From assembly GCA_000826855.1 (NCBI GenBank), contig JTLS01000072.1, positions 1 to 34,695 of the forward strand: a DNA stretch of 34,695 nucleotides. Reading direction: 5' to 3'. The stretch's first letter is position 1. The number at the start of each line of letters is the position of its first letter. The position numbers were made by a program, and so were the translations under genes. The notes below the pieces were generated by a model. That model was not told the origin of the DNA, ran no database searches, and saw only the letters and a list, made by a program, of their open reading frames with translations. Source of the DNA: Basidioascus undulatus. Taxonomy: Eukaryota. This document shows, one piece after another, positions 1 to 12,724 of the stretch.

Positions 1-136
1 TCCTCTAACTCGCCGAATACGCCTCGCGCACCGGCAAACCATCCACAACGATCGGTTCGTAGTCCCCCCTTTCCTTCCCCCCACTCCCTGCCCTCACCGA
101 TTCAAACAAACTAAACTCTTCTTCGCTCTCCCACAG

Positions 137-1510
137 CCGGTGTCGCTGCTGACGTCGGCCACGTCAACACCCCCGCGACGGTCGCCGGGTACGGCCCGCC
201 CAAGGAGGGCGAGGGCGACCCCAACTCGGGTCTCCACAAGGCCCTCGAGGGCGCCGAGATCATCGTCATCCCCGCCGGTGTCCCCCGCAAGCCCGGCATG
301 ACCCGTGACGTGCGTTTCCTCTCCTCTCGCTTCTCTGCTGTTGCGAGAAGGATCCTGACCCAGCGAGGGGAATGAACAGGACCTCTTCAACACGTACGCC
401 TGCGCTTCAGGTTGAGAGGCGGGCGCCTGAATCAGATGCTGATTAGGGGGTTGGCATTGCAGCAACGCCTCCATCGTCCGCGACCTCGCCGCCGCCGCCG
501 CCAAGGTTGCGCCCAAGGCCCACCTCGCGATCATCTCCAACCCCGTCAACTCGTGGCGTCCTCCCCTTCTCCCACTCCCCTTCACCCGATCTCCTTCCAC
601 TGACACCTCTCCTCCCGCAGCACCGTCCCCATCGTCGCTGAGGTCTTCAAGAAGGCCGGTGTCTACGACCCCAAGCGGTGCGTCTTCCCGCTCGCTTGTC
701 CTGCTCGGGGTCGATCGGCTGATTTGGAGTGGTTGACAGCCTCTTCGGTGTCACCACCCTCGACGTCGTTCGCGCGTCGACCTTCCTCTCCGGCATCGCC
801 GGCTCCGTTCCCGCGGAGACCCGCGTCACCGTCGTCGGTGGCCACGCTGGCGAGGTGCGTTTCCAAAACCCTCCTTTCCACTCGTGCTCTGGAGCTGATC
901 TAGAAGCACTCCCACCCTCGCTCCAGACCATCATTCCCCTCTTCTCCCAGACCAAGGAGGGCGCTGGCATCAGCGGCGAGGCCTACAAGGCGCTCGTCAA
1001 GCGCGTCCAGTTCGGTGGTGACGAGGTCGTCAAGGCCAAGGACGGCGCTGGCTCTGCCACCCTCTCCATGGCTTGTGCGTCCTCCCCTTCCCACTCTCCG
1101 CTTTGTCTTTCTCTCCTCCGGGTGCTTTTTGGCTGATGGGCATGAGGGGAGATGACCAACAGACGCCGCGGCCGTCTTCACCAACTCGCTCATCCGCGCG
1201 CTGAACGGCGAGAAGGGCGTCGTTGAGCCCGCGTACGTCGACTCGCCCCTCTTCAAGGACCAGGGCGTCGACTTCTTCTCGTCCAACGTCGAGCTCGGCG
1301 TACGTCGTTCCTTTCCTTCTCCTACCCCCTCCCCTTCCCTCTCCCTCTCCGACCATGGCGGCTGACACGCATTTGGGACGGACAGACCTCCGGCGTCGAG
1401 AAGATCCACCCGCTCGGCAAGATCACCGCGGAGGAGGAGGAGATCGTCAAGGCTGCGCTGCCCCAGCTCAAGGGCAACATCGAGAAGGGCCTCAAGTTCG
1501 CGAACCAGTA
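137..1510 (+). CDS. MDH: NAD-dependent malate dehydrogenase, multi-exon, 5' end outside the window
   Basis: Manual splicing gives [11 protein letters not shown]...[31 protein letters not shown]...[12 protein letters not shown]...[12 protein letters not shown]...[16 protein letters not shown]...[25 protein letters not shown]...[14 protein letters not shown]. Includes a 14-nt exon at 380-393. Isoform (mitochondrial or cytosolic) cannot be assigned without the N-terminus. Confidence 0.97.
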
Positions 1511-2538
1511 GACTATTGGTCGAGGGTTGAGCTCAGCGGTGGGGCGAGTGTGTCTCCGGGATGGGATTGGGGTTGAGGAGAAGGGAAGAGAAGGGATGGA
1601 TGGGCGAGGGGTGGATGGAAGGATACAGATTGAGATACAGCGATGATGAAGAGAAACGACGGTTTGCGCGCAGCGAGTGTGTGACTGCCGGTTCGAGGAG
1701 AATGGGTGGATGGGCAAGCTATGCAGGGGCATCATCAAGATACCCTCAGTTGAAATTAAGAGGCCGCTGCGAGGTTATACGCACGGTTACCGTGTTCACC
1801 ACTGATAGCAGGGTAAAGATTGGTAAAGACATGACCGCAGCGGTCACTGCAAGCCTGAGCCACTGGGCGAAAGGCGGTCACTGCTTGCCGCCACGCGTTG
1901 ATGTTTCCGCCGTTGCGGGCCTGCTATCGACTAGCTATCTCTGTATTTTTATATGGGTCTAGATGAATGACAAAGGAAAGTGGCTGGCAACTGGGGCCGA
2001 CCTTGCTTGAAGGCTCTGGGCGAACGCTGAATTGTGAGTCGAGCAAGGCGTTTGCGGGGGAACGCCAGAAGGCTGTTTCGACCGGCATGATGCACCAAAA
2101 TACTGTTCTCCTTAGGCTCAGGTTGTTCAAAAGTCCGTCGGGCTCGCTGTCAAGCAAGTCGCTGTACACGGAGCGTACTGATGTGCTGACAGCGTCGCCA
2201 TGCTTTCAAGGCACTGCGGTCTGGCCATTGCCTCGTTTAAGTACACAGACAGGAATCGTTTACCACACCTCAAAAATTTTAATTGATCCTAGAGAGATAC
2301 AAGTACTGTTTGGCGGCGAGCTGCGACCGACACGAACGCTGGAACACCGGCTGTGCAGATAAAGTCCCGTCCCCCTTTGGAAACGCGACGACGACGCGTC
2401 TTTCGCCCCCTGCCCACTTACCACCACCACCACAAGCTCGCACATCCAGCACGCTCCTCAAAAAATCAGGACTTCAATTCCACACAGTCTCGTCCCCTCA
2501 CACCGCCAACGACAACACCCCCCCCACACACAATCAGC

Positions 2539-5500
2539 ATGTCGCTGCGCCGCTCGACAGGCAACAAGCCCAAGCCCGCGTCCACCTACACCGCCGCGGA
2601 CGACTCGTCCAACGACGACGAGGTCTGCGCCGCATCTTCGATGGCGCCGGCCAGGTCGAACAAGAAGGCCAGGACGAGCCCCGTCAAGCCCAAAGTCGCG
2701 CCCAAGAAGGAGGAGACGCCCGAGCCGCCGCGGCCGGCGCCGCTCCCGCTCACGGGTGGACTCGCCCGGCTGCCGCTCGAGATCGTCGTGGGTCTTCCAT
2801 CTCTTTACCCTCTCTCCAGTCTGGAAGAGCAGTATCTCAAATTATGGAGATGGATGCGAGCAGATCATGATCCTCCAAGAGACGGATCCGAGCGCTGTCT
2901 GCTGCTTCTTCGCGAGCTGCCGCTTCCTCTACGTCTTTACGCACGCGAACCAGGTCGTCATCTTCCGCGCCCTCTACCAAGATCTCTTCTACAAGAAGCG
3001 CCTCTCGGTCCACCCGCTCTACTCGCCCAAGCTCCCCGCCAAGGGCGACAAGTTCACACCCGAGATGCTCGTCCAGCCGCAGCTCCCCGTCAACTGCGTC
3101 AACTCGTGGTTCGACCAGTACAGGATGATGGCGATGCGGTTCAGGCCCAGCAGCAAGCACTGCTTTCAGTGCTTCCAGGATGGCGCTGTCGCGCTGTCTA
3201 CATGGAACCTGCGCCTCTGTGCCCACTGCATGGCGAAGTGAGGACCGATTCCCGTTTCGATGCTGCCCTGTGGAACTGATAAACATGCGCCCTCTTTCTA
3301 GGAACTTTGTCAACAAGTCGAGCGCTCTCTACGCCTACTCGCTCTCGGCCAAGGACATCGTCATGCTCGAGGTGAGCCGTTCCCACACTTGCGAGACACT
3401 TGCGGCCTTTGAGGGCTCATGCGATACTTTCCATCAGCGCTACGAGACCCGGACATCGGTCGGCGTAGGGAGGGGGAAAATGGTCTCGTTCTACTGTGCG
3501 TCCAGACCGTTTTCAGCTCTACCACCGCACATGGCTGAATCTTGAAGGATGGTGCGACAGCCGGTTTCCAGCTCCACCAGCTCGCCGTCCAGAAGAACCC
3601 AAACTTCACCACACCGCGCGCTCGCAGGGCCGAGCAGGCGCGCAACGCGGCGGGCCGCCATCTCGAGGTGGAGACTGCGCTGCTGTTGCACGCCGGCGTC
3701 CAGTACGACGAAAGCAACTCGGCTTGGAGCACGGTGTTTCCGGACTCGTGGCTGTCTTGGGAGCTCAACAAGGTATGTTCTTTCTCTTTCACCTAGGCCG
3801 AGGCTGAAGATTAACTGACGTGCTGCTCGAACCACCAGTACGTCAAGGGTACGTCGATCCAGAAGAGCAAGGCGGGCATGCGCAGCCGGGGCCGCCACGG
3901 CGGCGGCGCAGTCGCTTCTTCGTCGACGCCCTCTCGACCGGCGAAGAAAGAGTCTTCCGACTGGGACGAGGAAGATGCCGAGTACGCGGAGTCCGCCGGA
4001 GAGGAGAGCAGCGCCTCGAGCTCAAGCACCCGCAAGACCTTCTCGCGGTCGCGCGACAACCGCCCGACGGTGAAACGGCCTCTGAGCGAGATTCTTGAGG
4101 GTGAGCGTCTTCTTCGGCGTCCGCCTTTGAAGGGGTTTTCTCAATCTGTTTTGAAATTTAGACGTCGTTTCTTACGTCAAGAACGACATCCAGAAAAAGA
4201 AGCAGGGCAGCGGCAAGTCGACGTCCGGCAAGGCGGGCTCGCCGAAGAAGTCGATCTACCTCCCCGCCCCTGCTCGCCTCTTCCCAAAAGACTTCGACCT
4301 CGTCCCGACCGACTCGATGGTCGAGGCAATGCGCACGCTCAAGGAGACCGCCGGCATTAAGGAGGTCTGCGTCGGGCGCTACCCGAGCTCGAGCACGCCC
4401 GAGGCTGCCGTCCGCGCTGCGCAGAAGTGGCTCTGCACCGAGGACGAGGACGACCTCGACGAAGCCGTTCGCCTCCTGACCGAGGCTTCCGGCAAGGCCA
4501 CGGACGCGGCGCGCCCTGCGCGCATGCACTTCGACAGCTCGGAGAAGGACGCGGCCATCAGGGCCGAGCTGCAGGCGCTGTACGCCAAGGACGCCGAGTT
4601 CAAGTCCGACATTCTTCCTGGTGAGTCGATTTCTCAACAATATAACTTGTGCAAATCCCTCAATCGTAGGTGGCTCAGTCGAGGTGCACATCGTGGAAAA
4701 CCTCTCGGCGCGCATCGCATATGGGTCGAGTCTGAGCGCTGTGAGCCTTTCGACCCAAGATCCCGGCAAGACGACCCTAAACTTACTCATACGACTCGAT
4801 CGCAGGCCAAGGGCATCGTCGCGTCCTTCGAGAAGCATTACAAGGCGGCTAAGAGCACGGCGAAGGTGCCTGTACGCGGCGAGCTGGCTATCCTGCAGAT
4901 CAAAAGTCGCCTGAAGGATAAGGTAAGTGCCCTGAGGCGCTGTGGCGTTGGCGGAATACCCGTGCTGAAGAAGTCTTTTCTCCAGGCTTCCAAAGACCTC
5001 TTCAACGAGGTTGAGACGGGCTACCGCACGCTCGTCCGCATCGACCTATGGAATCTGCCGAACTACAGCCATCTCGGCATGTACTACGTCTCGGCGCGCG
5101 CCAGGGCGGGTGTCGGTCAAGGGTCTCTGGTGCGCTCCCATTTCGCCCTCTCCACAACACATCCCCATATCGAGAAGACTTACTCTGGTGCGATAGCTGC
5201 GAGAGGACTACATCACGCATCTCATGCAGTCCAAGCTGCGGGCGGCGCCACTCACCGCGCTGGACCGGGTCGGCGTAGGGAAGGAGACCGAGTACGCCGG
5301 CGTGACTGTGTCGAGTTTCTCCACATTTTGCTGACCCTACGGCTTGTAGGGACATCGAGCAGGGCGTCGCGACGATCGTCGTCGCCCTCGAGAAAAGCAT
5401 TGCTGCGGAATCCCGCGCCAAGTTCCTCAACGACAGGTTAGCGAAGCTGGACGAGTCAACGGCCGTCTCCGACGAGAGCGACTTAAAGTCCCAAGGTTCA

Positions 5501-7251
5501 AAAGACGCATACAGTCTTATGGGTGCGACTTTCAGCTCTTTCTCGCAAAACGGCTTCCATTCTGACGGACATTACCCTTTCCAGTGAACGGCCTCCGTCC
5601 GTACCGTTGCCCATTTCGACGCTCCGTCCACGTGTACTGAACCATCATATTCTTCCCAGTGACCATGACCAACAAAGACATTGTAGGAATTGTCGTTACC
5701 GAGCGCCTCGAGCGCATCTGCGAGGAGCTCGGACCGAACAAGCGGGCCATCAAGAAGCATTTCTCCGACACTATCGGCACGGTGGGCATCCGAAGCACAC
5801 TTCGGGTCTGAAAGAGCCTGCTGATGACCTCTTCCGTTCAGGCAAAAGCGCAGTACCTCAGCATGGTTAGAGACGGCGAGGACAGCTTCGTGCTCGACCT
5901 GCCGCTTGAGGATGCTCTCCGTCGCCACCTGCTCAAGGCTAATGAGCGGTTCGAGCGACGCCTTGCTGTGTAAGCGTGTATTTTTGTCGGTATCTCGAGT
6001 ACCGCTTACCTTTGGCTTTGACAGGCTGAAACGGGTGGTCGAGGCGGTGCCTGGTTTATCGGGCGAGATCAACGTCGGTGAGTGCTGGCGGATTCTGATC
6101 GTGCAAAAGCGCGAGCTCGCCGGGCTAGGCTTAGCAAGAGGCTTTATTCGTAGAGCGCATCCGATCCGGGGACGACTTCCACCATTATAGCTACTACGCC
6201 AACGCAAGAGACTACACGCTCGCGCGAGCCTACCCCGTCCTGGAAGCGCATGCCGCTGCCAGGGGTCTCTCGCCGCAGCGTGCCCGCATGGACACGAAGT
6301 CTTCGTTGTACCGCGCTGTTCTCACCTCGACCTTTAGCATGCGCAAGAAGCGGCTCGAGACAGTGTGATTAGCCCCTCCACGCCGTCCACCTTGAGCACC
6401 GCTGACACAACGTTTCCCTTCGCCACGCTCCAGCTGCAGACGGCATGAGCGGTCGACGCCCATGACGGCGCGCTACTGCCTCGGCAACACGGCTAAAACG
6501 TACTCTTGCTTTTCTTCCCACTCTCTCACCTTCTTGGACCCCGTATGTCTCACACTCCATTTTTACAGTCTCATCATGCTCAGCCGCGCCGCTCGGAAGT
6601 GGCTCAACTGCCTCCCGACGCGGGACGCCGCGGACGCCGAGAAGCCTGCGATCACTTTTGAAGACGTCGAAGCCGGTGAGCAGAATCGTGACCCTCATGA
6701 CCTGTAAGATGGTTACTGAATTTGTTCCCCATTAGAGCTCGAGATGATTTGCAAGGAGATTGTCGAGTAAGGGACCGTTTCCTTATCGCACTCGCACAAC
6801 TGAAAACCTCGCTTGCCATCAGGGGCCACATCTCCCCGACAGGCCTCGGTGCGTCTTCCCTTTATGAGGATCAGACTCTCCCAGTATCTCATCCTTCCCA
6901 CGCAGAGCGCACCACCAAGACAATGCTGGGCGGCGGGGTTCGTTCATACGCATTCCGCTGATCCTCGCTTTACTAACTTAGGTTTCCCAGGGGTACATGG
7001 GCCGTCGGGACTGCCTGTCCACCTGCTACTGCGGTGGGCTCTTCTTTTATCCTGGATTCGCCTGGCATCCCCATACAGCGGGATGATCGAGCTAATCGAA
7101 GGCGAACGCGGCTTGTGCAGGCGAATGTTCCATCCGCGACGCCAAGCTCAAGCCGTCTACGTACCTCACGGACACCGAGGACGAGGAAGACAAGCCCGAG
7201 GACGATTGGCAAACGAGAGTGGGCTCGCATTCTCGAATGGACGAGGACTAG
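2539..7251 (+). CDS. Large multi-exon hypothetical protein with an N-terminal F-box-like motif and Cys clusters
   Basis: ATG at 2539 (MSLRRSTGNK). Splicing gives LARLPLEIV|IMILQETD...CRFLY (F-box-like), then CFQC...LCAHC. GT-AG exons could be chained to ...RDCLSTCYCG|ECSIRDAKLKP...RMDED* (TAG ends at 7251). Includes a 12-nt exon at 5585-5596. Some junctions are uncertain. Confidence 0.7.
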
Positions 7252-7676
7252 AGGAGTTTGAGCGCGGCGGAGCGGGACTTGGTCCCGGTGTCCGCTGCAA
7301 CGAATCCGCTGTGGCTCGTCTGCGAAGTTCTTGACAGTGAATGCGCATTATGCATTATGACAATATTTACCGAGCTGGTTTCTCTGTTTTATTCAGTATG
7401 CCGACTACCTGAAGGCACCCCGCTGACGCGAAACGTGCAAGAGGCCGTGGTAGTGCTGCGTTTCTCTCAAGAATATCGGCAGACTCAAACTGAACGCCAG
7501 GTCCGAAGCAGTACATGGGTAAAGCGACGGAGACACTCGACGACAGCACATTAGTAGGCCGCAACACGCCTCATTGCCGCCGCTCACAGTTACTCATGAG
7601 AAGTCATCTCCGCAGACGAACGCACGGAACGCGAAAGATTGATGGCGACATATGATACTCCATGCCCAGATCTCGT

Positions 7677-10600
7677 TCACTTCGGGCTAAGGCAACGTTT
7701 GAACCATTCCACTACCTTCGCCCATACTCCCATCCGACGCTTCCCCCCCGGCGCGGACTGTCCGCCAGCCTCCTTCTCGCTCTTCTCAAGCGCTCCCACA
7801 TTGACGTCGCACAGCGTCTCCTCGTCTTTCGCTCCCTCATCCTCTTCGCCTCCTTTCACTGCTGCCGCAGGCGCCTGTCGGATGTGAATGAGCGCGATCT
7901 CGGTCAGGCCGCGCGCAGCCGCGTCGTTCGTCGCGAGATCCTTGATCTCCAGAATCGGGTTGAGGACGTCCGTGCCGCCTACCTCGACGGGGTCAGGGTA
8001 GACACCGGTGGGGCTTGAGAGGAGGTTGGTCCACGCGTTCGAGATGAGCGCAGGCTCGGAAAGGCGGGTACCGGCGTAGGCTTGAAGCTGTGAAGGCGGT
8101 GACAGTCAGTGCTGCAACCGCACTTGAATAATAACACCACAGCTCCAACCTTTGCATAAAGTTGTTCGAAGCCGCCACTTGAGAACGCCTCGCCGTAGCG
8201 CGCAATTTTCTCTCTGCAAAAATGCTACTGTCAGTCTCGATCTAGCGCGATCAATGTATAGAGCGCGGACAGCCTTACTCATCCTTAGCGTTGTAGTATT
8301 TGCAGAAGTCTAGCCAAACTGCGTCGAAATCGTCCTGTGGTTTCAAAGCGCCACTCCATCAACTATAATCCAGCACGATAGGAGAAGGGAGAGATCGCCG
8401 TACAATGTCGTCAAGCACGCTCACAAGCTCGACAAGGAGCTCTCCGCCGCCGAACAGCATGGTGAGATGGAAAGAGTTGCTGGGCTTGCCGTCGCCCTCG
8501 ATCGTGAGCTTCGCGGTGGAGGGGTCGAATCCGACCGCGCCAGCGTATCCTAGATTGCAGAAAGCATTACACGGTGAGTGCTTTGGGCAGCGCGAGAGCG
8601 ACACGTCACAGGGGACGGACCAGTGAACAGACCGAACGGGAATGAAGCAATGTCGTGCTGAACGGAGTTAATGCCCACGCAATTTCAACGCAAGCGTAAC
8701 CTGCGTCGTCAACGACGTCGGAGATGGCGCACCAGTCCCGTCAGGATCTTATCACGCCAGTACACGTTACCGGTGCGCTCCCACTCAGTGTACCAGTTCC
8801 TACGGAAAATCTATCAGCCTCGCAGCATTTCTACCATGCTGGAGCTCACGCACCCCGCAAGCGCAGTCCAGTCGGGACCAATACGGACGCGCGTCGGCGC
8901 CGCAGGCGGGTCGAGAATTTTCCTGAGGGGCTCCCACTCGACAAGCGACTTGTCTGCTTGCAGGGACGATCGAATAAGATCACCGAGGAGCTCGTCGGCG
9001 GTCAGATAATAAGCGGGCCGCTTGAGCGACGAGCCCGAGACTCGAACTTCCTTCGCCCCGTCGCCCCACGGAATGACATTGTGCCTACTGCCGAGGCCGG
9101 CGTACGGTCCAATGTGATATGTAACCGACTATATCGCTGGTTAAGCGCGACCGTCATGGAAAGAAACGCGGCAATTTCACGCGTACCTCAGTTAAGTACC
9201 TCGTCATGTTGAAAGCGTGCCGGAAGACATCGGCACGTCCTGTGCGGAGAAACGAGGTCCAAAGCCAGATGTCGGTCCTGTACTCGATACCACGTGGGTG
9301 CTCAGATTAAGGTGAGTATATGCGGACAACAACGGTTTGCCTCACCCTAATTCCGCGTTGTCCCACGCATCTGTTCAATCCCGGGTCAGAACCCGAATCG
9401 TACCAGGGCATTCTAGAAGAGAAAGAGCGCACATCCTGTACCCATTGCAGAAGTGTCGTAAATGTCAGCGGTCCTAAGCAAAGAAACAATACGAGTATTG
9501 AATGACCTCCTACGTCGTATCTGCGGCACAAGGAACCGTGGTCAGCAGGAAGCTCTTCGCGCACAGCACCAGCATCGACTTACCTCCACGTATGCCTCGT
9601 CTGATCCCAAGTATGGTAAAAGTTGCCATGGTAGAGAAAGCCGTACACGGCATGCTGCTCGACGTCCTGTCAATTAATGGAGACAATAAGCCACCTATCG
9701 CGGACAATCTCAACAGCTTGCACCACAACTGCACACCTTGAAGTAGAAGTCGAGAATCTTTTCGAGTCGGTCCTCGATCTCCGCTGTTGTCTGGGTTGAG
9801 CGGTCTGGTAAACCCCTGCAAATGCTCATCGTTGTTAAGGACATCGCTTCAAGTAAGAGGAACAGTGGAAAATGAGTGGTCGTACCACAGCCCGCCGAAT
9901 AGGTCGTGAGAGTGGTAGAATTCGGGACTCGCCACTAGGACGGCAGGGGTGACCAGAACGTCGGTAAGTTGCGCGAGGTCCGCGCGCGAAGGCGTCGAGG
10001 TAAAGGCGCTGAGAGTGATCTCGTATGACCTGAAGGTGGGGAGGTCCGTTGAGCCGACCTACATGAAAGCCGACTCCGAAGAGGGGAGCTCCTCCGGAAC
10101 ATGGGAGAAGTATGCACCGGGCGATACCATGCGGGTTTGCAATATCGATCTCGACATCCTCGTACGCCAAGTCAAGTCCTGGGGAGCGAAGATGACGAGG
10201 AAAGAAGTGAGGTTCGATGGATAGCCATGAAAAAGTCCCAGGTGCGCAGCGGGCTAATGTTTACCATGTGCAACAGTATCCTGTGTACAACGAAACATGC
10301 TTGTCAACGCCCGCTCAGATAGTCTGCAAGAGCCCAGTAAGTTCCTACTCACATAGTGCCTCAAGTCCATGGGGCCTCCTTCCGGGTCCCAAGCCCATGC
10401 CCGAACCTCCGCTTCGTCCGCGGCAGCACTCCTAACCTCCAGCGCACGAGGCCACTGCTCCCAGAACTTGGCCAGGCCAAGCGCGACGCCGCCGCCGACG
10501 GCGCCCCCGATGTAGACGAGCCCGCTCGCGCGCGTGCCGGTCCCAGCGTTGTTGAGCCACGCGCCAGAGGAAGATGTGCGCTTGCGGATGGTGTACGATG

Positions 10601-11972
10601 TTGCAGATTGTTGGTGCAGGGCGTAGTCAGACCAAAGGGCAAGAGTGTCCAGGGACTCGGAGCTTCAATAGGGGGTCACGCGGTCAGTAATTCTGCGACA
10701 AAGAGGGCGAACAAAGGGAGAGAAAAATATGGAGCAACATACACTCTCGAAGGCCATTCCGCGAGGTCTGGGGTTTTCTGTCCATTGAACTGCGCGTCGA
10801 GCACCGCCGAAACGGCGTCGCGCCGCAAGCCGCTGACCACGCGTACGGCTTCGCCCCACACTCCTCCTGCGGTGGACGTGAAGCGAACATGCCGGTCGTG
10901 GGGAAGGTCTTGTGAGAGGGGCACGGCAAACGATATGCCGAGGCCGCGGATGAAGCTATGGGAGCAGCGGAGGTGAATTGGATGTGAAGACGAAGAGGTA
11001 GATGAGGATTTCTTACTCGGTGTTGCGGTCACCTGGGAAAGGAGGGGATAATGTTTAGTTTTTCCGCTGGAGGAAGGACCAACGTGAGGTGCGAGCGTAC
11101 CGTCGTAGAAGAAGTTGTGCACAATCCGCACACTCGTCCCTCCCGCAGAGACGTAAAAGCGGACGGTGAACGGCAGCCACGATTTCCCAGCACCTTGATA
11201 CGTCCCCGATACCTTGTATGAACGAAACACAATTTTTCAATCAACCAGAGCTGCTTGGGGAGACTTCGAGAGATGTGAGAATGACAGCCGCACCTTGACA
11301 ACACCCCTCACCGGTCCGTCCTGCTCGACTTCCGCCTTTTCCACGATGCCAGTCATCTCCACCACGTCCGGCTTCGGGCCGGCCTTCGAGTCATCTTCGA
11401 GAGAGCTCTGATACAACGCCACGAGACGCCCGTTCTTCGCTTTGCTACTGCTTGACAGCGAGAGACTTTCCACGAGGATCGAGCCGGACGTGGGAAGCGT
11501 GAGAGAGAGCGACGATGTGGAAACCGTGATGCTCCCGTCAGTGGCTGTCAAAGGGGGTTTGGTGTTAGAGGAGAGCGAAAAAAGGGTATGGAGGGAAGGG
11601 ACTAACTGGTTATCGTAACGGGTTCAGACGGCTCGACGGGCGTGCTCGGGTACAGGTGTAGCCCTTCGCTCAGGCCGGAGCTCGATGCGATTGCGTGCCC
11701 GGAAAACTTCAAAGTTCCATCGGGCCAGCTAATCCGTATACTCTTCAGCAATATTCAATAGTTTACACTCGCACCATGAAGACGTACTATGCCAAAGGCC
11801 AGCTTTGGATGGGGATCTCTTCTCCTTCCTTCGTCCGAAGCGCGATAGGCGTGGACTTCGACACCTCGCCCTTCGCCCACGGCACGCCGAAGGCGATTCC
11901 GTTGTGCAACGGGGGAGGGGCGCCGTCGAGATAGCGCAGGTCGACGCCGTCGTTGGCTTTAGGTTTCGACAT
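7677..11972 (-). CDS. Polysaccharide lyase family 26 (YetA/PcRGLX-like) exo-rhamnogalacturonan lyase, many introns, apparently intact
   Basis: Spliced motifs: LRYLDG...FGVPWAKG...IQSWPLAYWPDGTLKFSGHA; DRHVRF; PMDLRHY; LAYEDVE...HGIAR; HTWRYDVGGYAWDNAELGTDIWLW; LGSRHNV; GPDWTALAGNWYTEWERTG; HLTMLFGG; ATNDAA. These match my recollection of the YetA/PL26 family. Confidence 0.9.
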
Positions 11973-12724
11973 GAGGCAGTCAGCGTAGGAGATGAGGTTC
12001 GAGCTTGTGCGGACTCGATAGGTGAATGGACCAGCTCGCAGACTTCGACAACAATCTCTTTAAGCGATGAAATTTGAGATGCCGGTGGTGGAAATAAGTG
12101 CTGTACTGATCCTACTGGAGCGGCGTTCACGGTCCGGACGTGCAGGGAAGCGATGGTCAGATGAGCGGCCAAGTTGATGTTTTCATTAGTAGAAGAGGAT
12201 AGGGGGAACCACGGCGGACTGGAGCGTAATCGTTCTCGGTGCATCATTGCAGCGCATGAGAAATTACGTGCGAGGCCAGAGGCGGAAGTGAGGAAGGATG
12301 GAAGACCTGATGGGTGCCAAATCGCTGACGAGCGTCTTCACGTCAGCTTGACACTGACATTCGCGATACTCGTTATCCACTGCCGGATTCTCAAAGTTGC
12401 TTTGATTAGCTAGAAAACATCTCAGCAGCTAATGTACCGGTTTCTGACAATAGAGCAACATGGTCTTCGGGGCCTCGTAACTCGGTGTGCGCCAGGACGA
12501 GTTCAACCCAGTTACAAGCGGTGCTCGTCACCAACGCCTGATGATGAGCACTCGCTACGGAGGTGCGCGGCGGTCCGAGGCTGCCGGAGTGATTCTATGA
12601 AGCTGTACTCCTTGTTGATCCGTGTCATGAGATCCGAGGCCCATGTGATCAAGCAAAGGGCCTGCACTTCTGTCGTTCTCCTTGATATCCCTTCTCGCTT
12701 CAAACCACATCCATCTCGGCCGAG

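Noticed and set aside
553..620. Atypical MDH intron donor GTGGCG as a nested or non-canonical intron
   Set aside because: It is still GT-AG, of normal length, and restores NS|TVPI. No internal intron is visible.
1508..1645. Stop-codon readthrough producing a peroxisomal MDH isoform
   Set aside because: The stop context is TAG ACT, not the TGA CTA readthrough motif, and the extension ends in IQR, which is not a PTS1.
12539..12640. Box C-like ATGATGA as a C/D snoRNA (also at 26811)
   Set aside because: No properly placed CTGA box D, terminal stem or recognisable rRNA guide.
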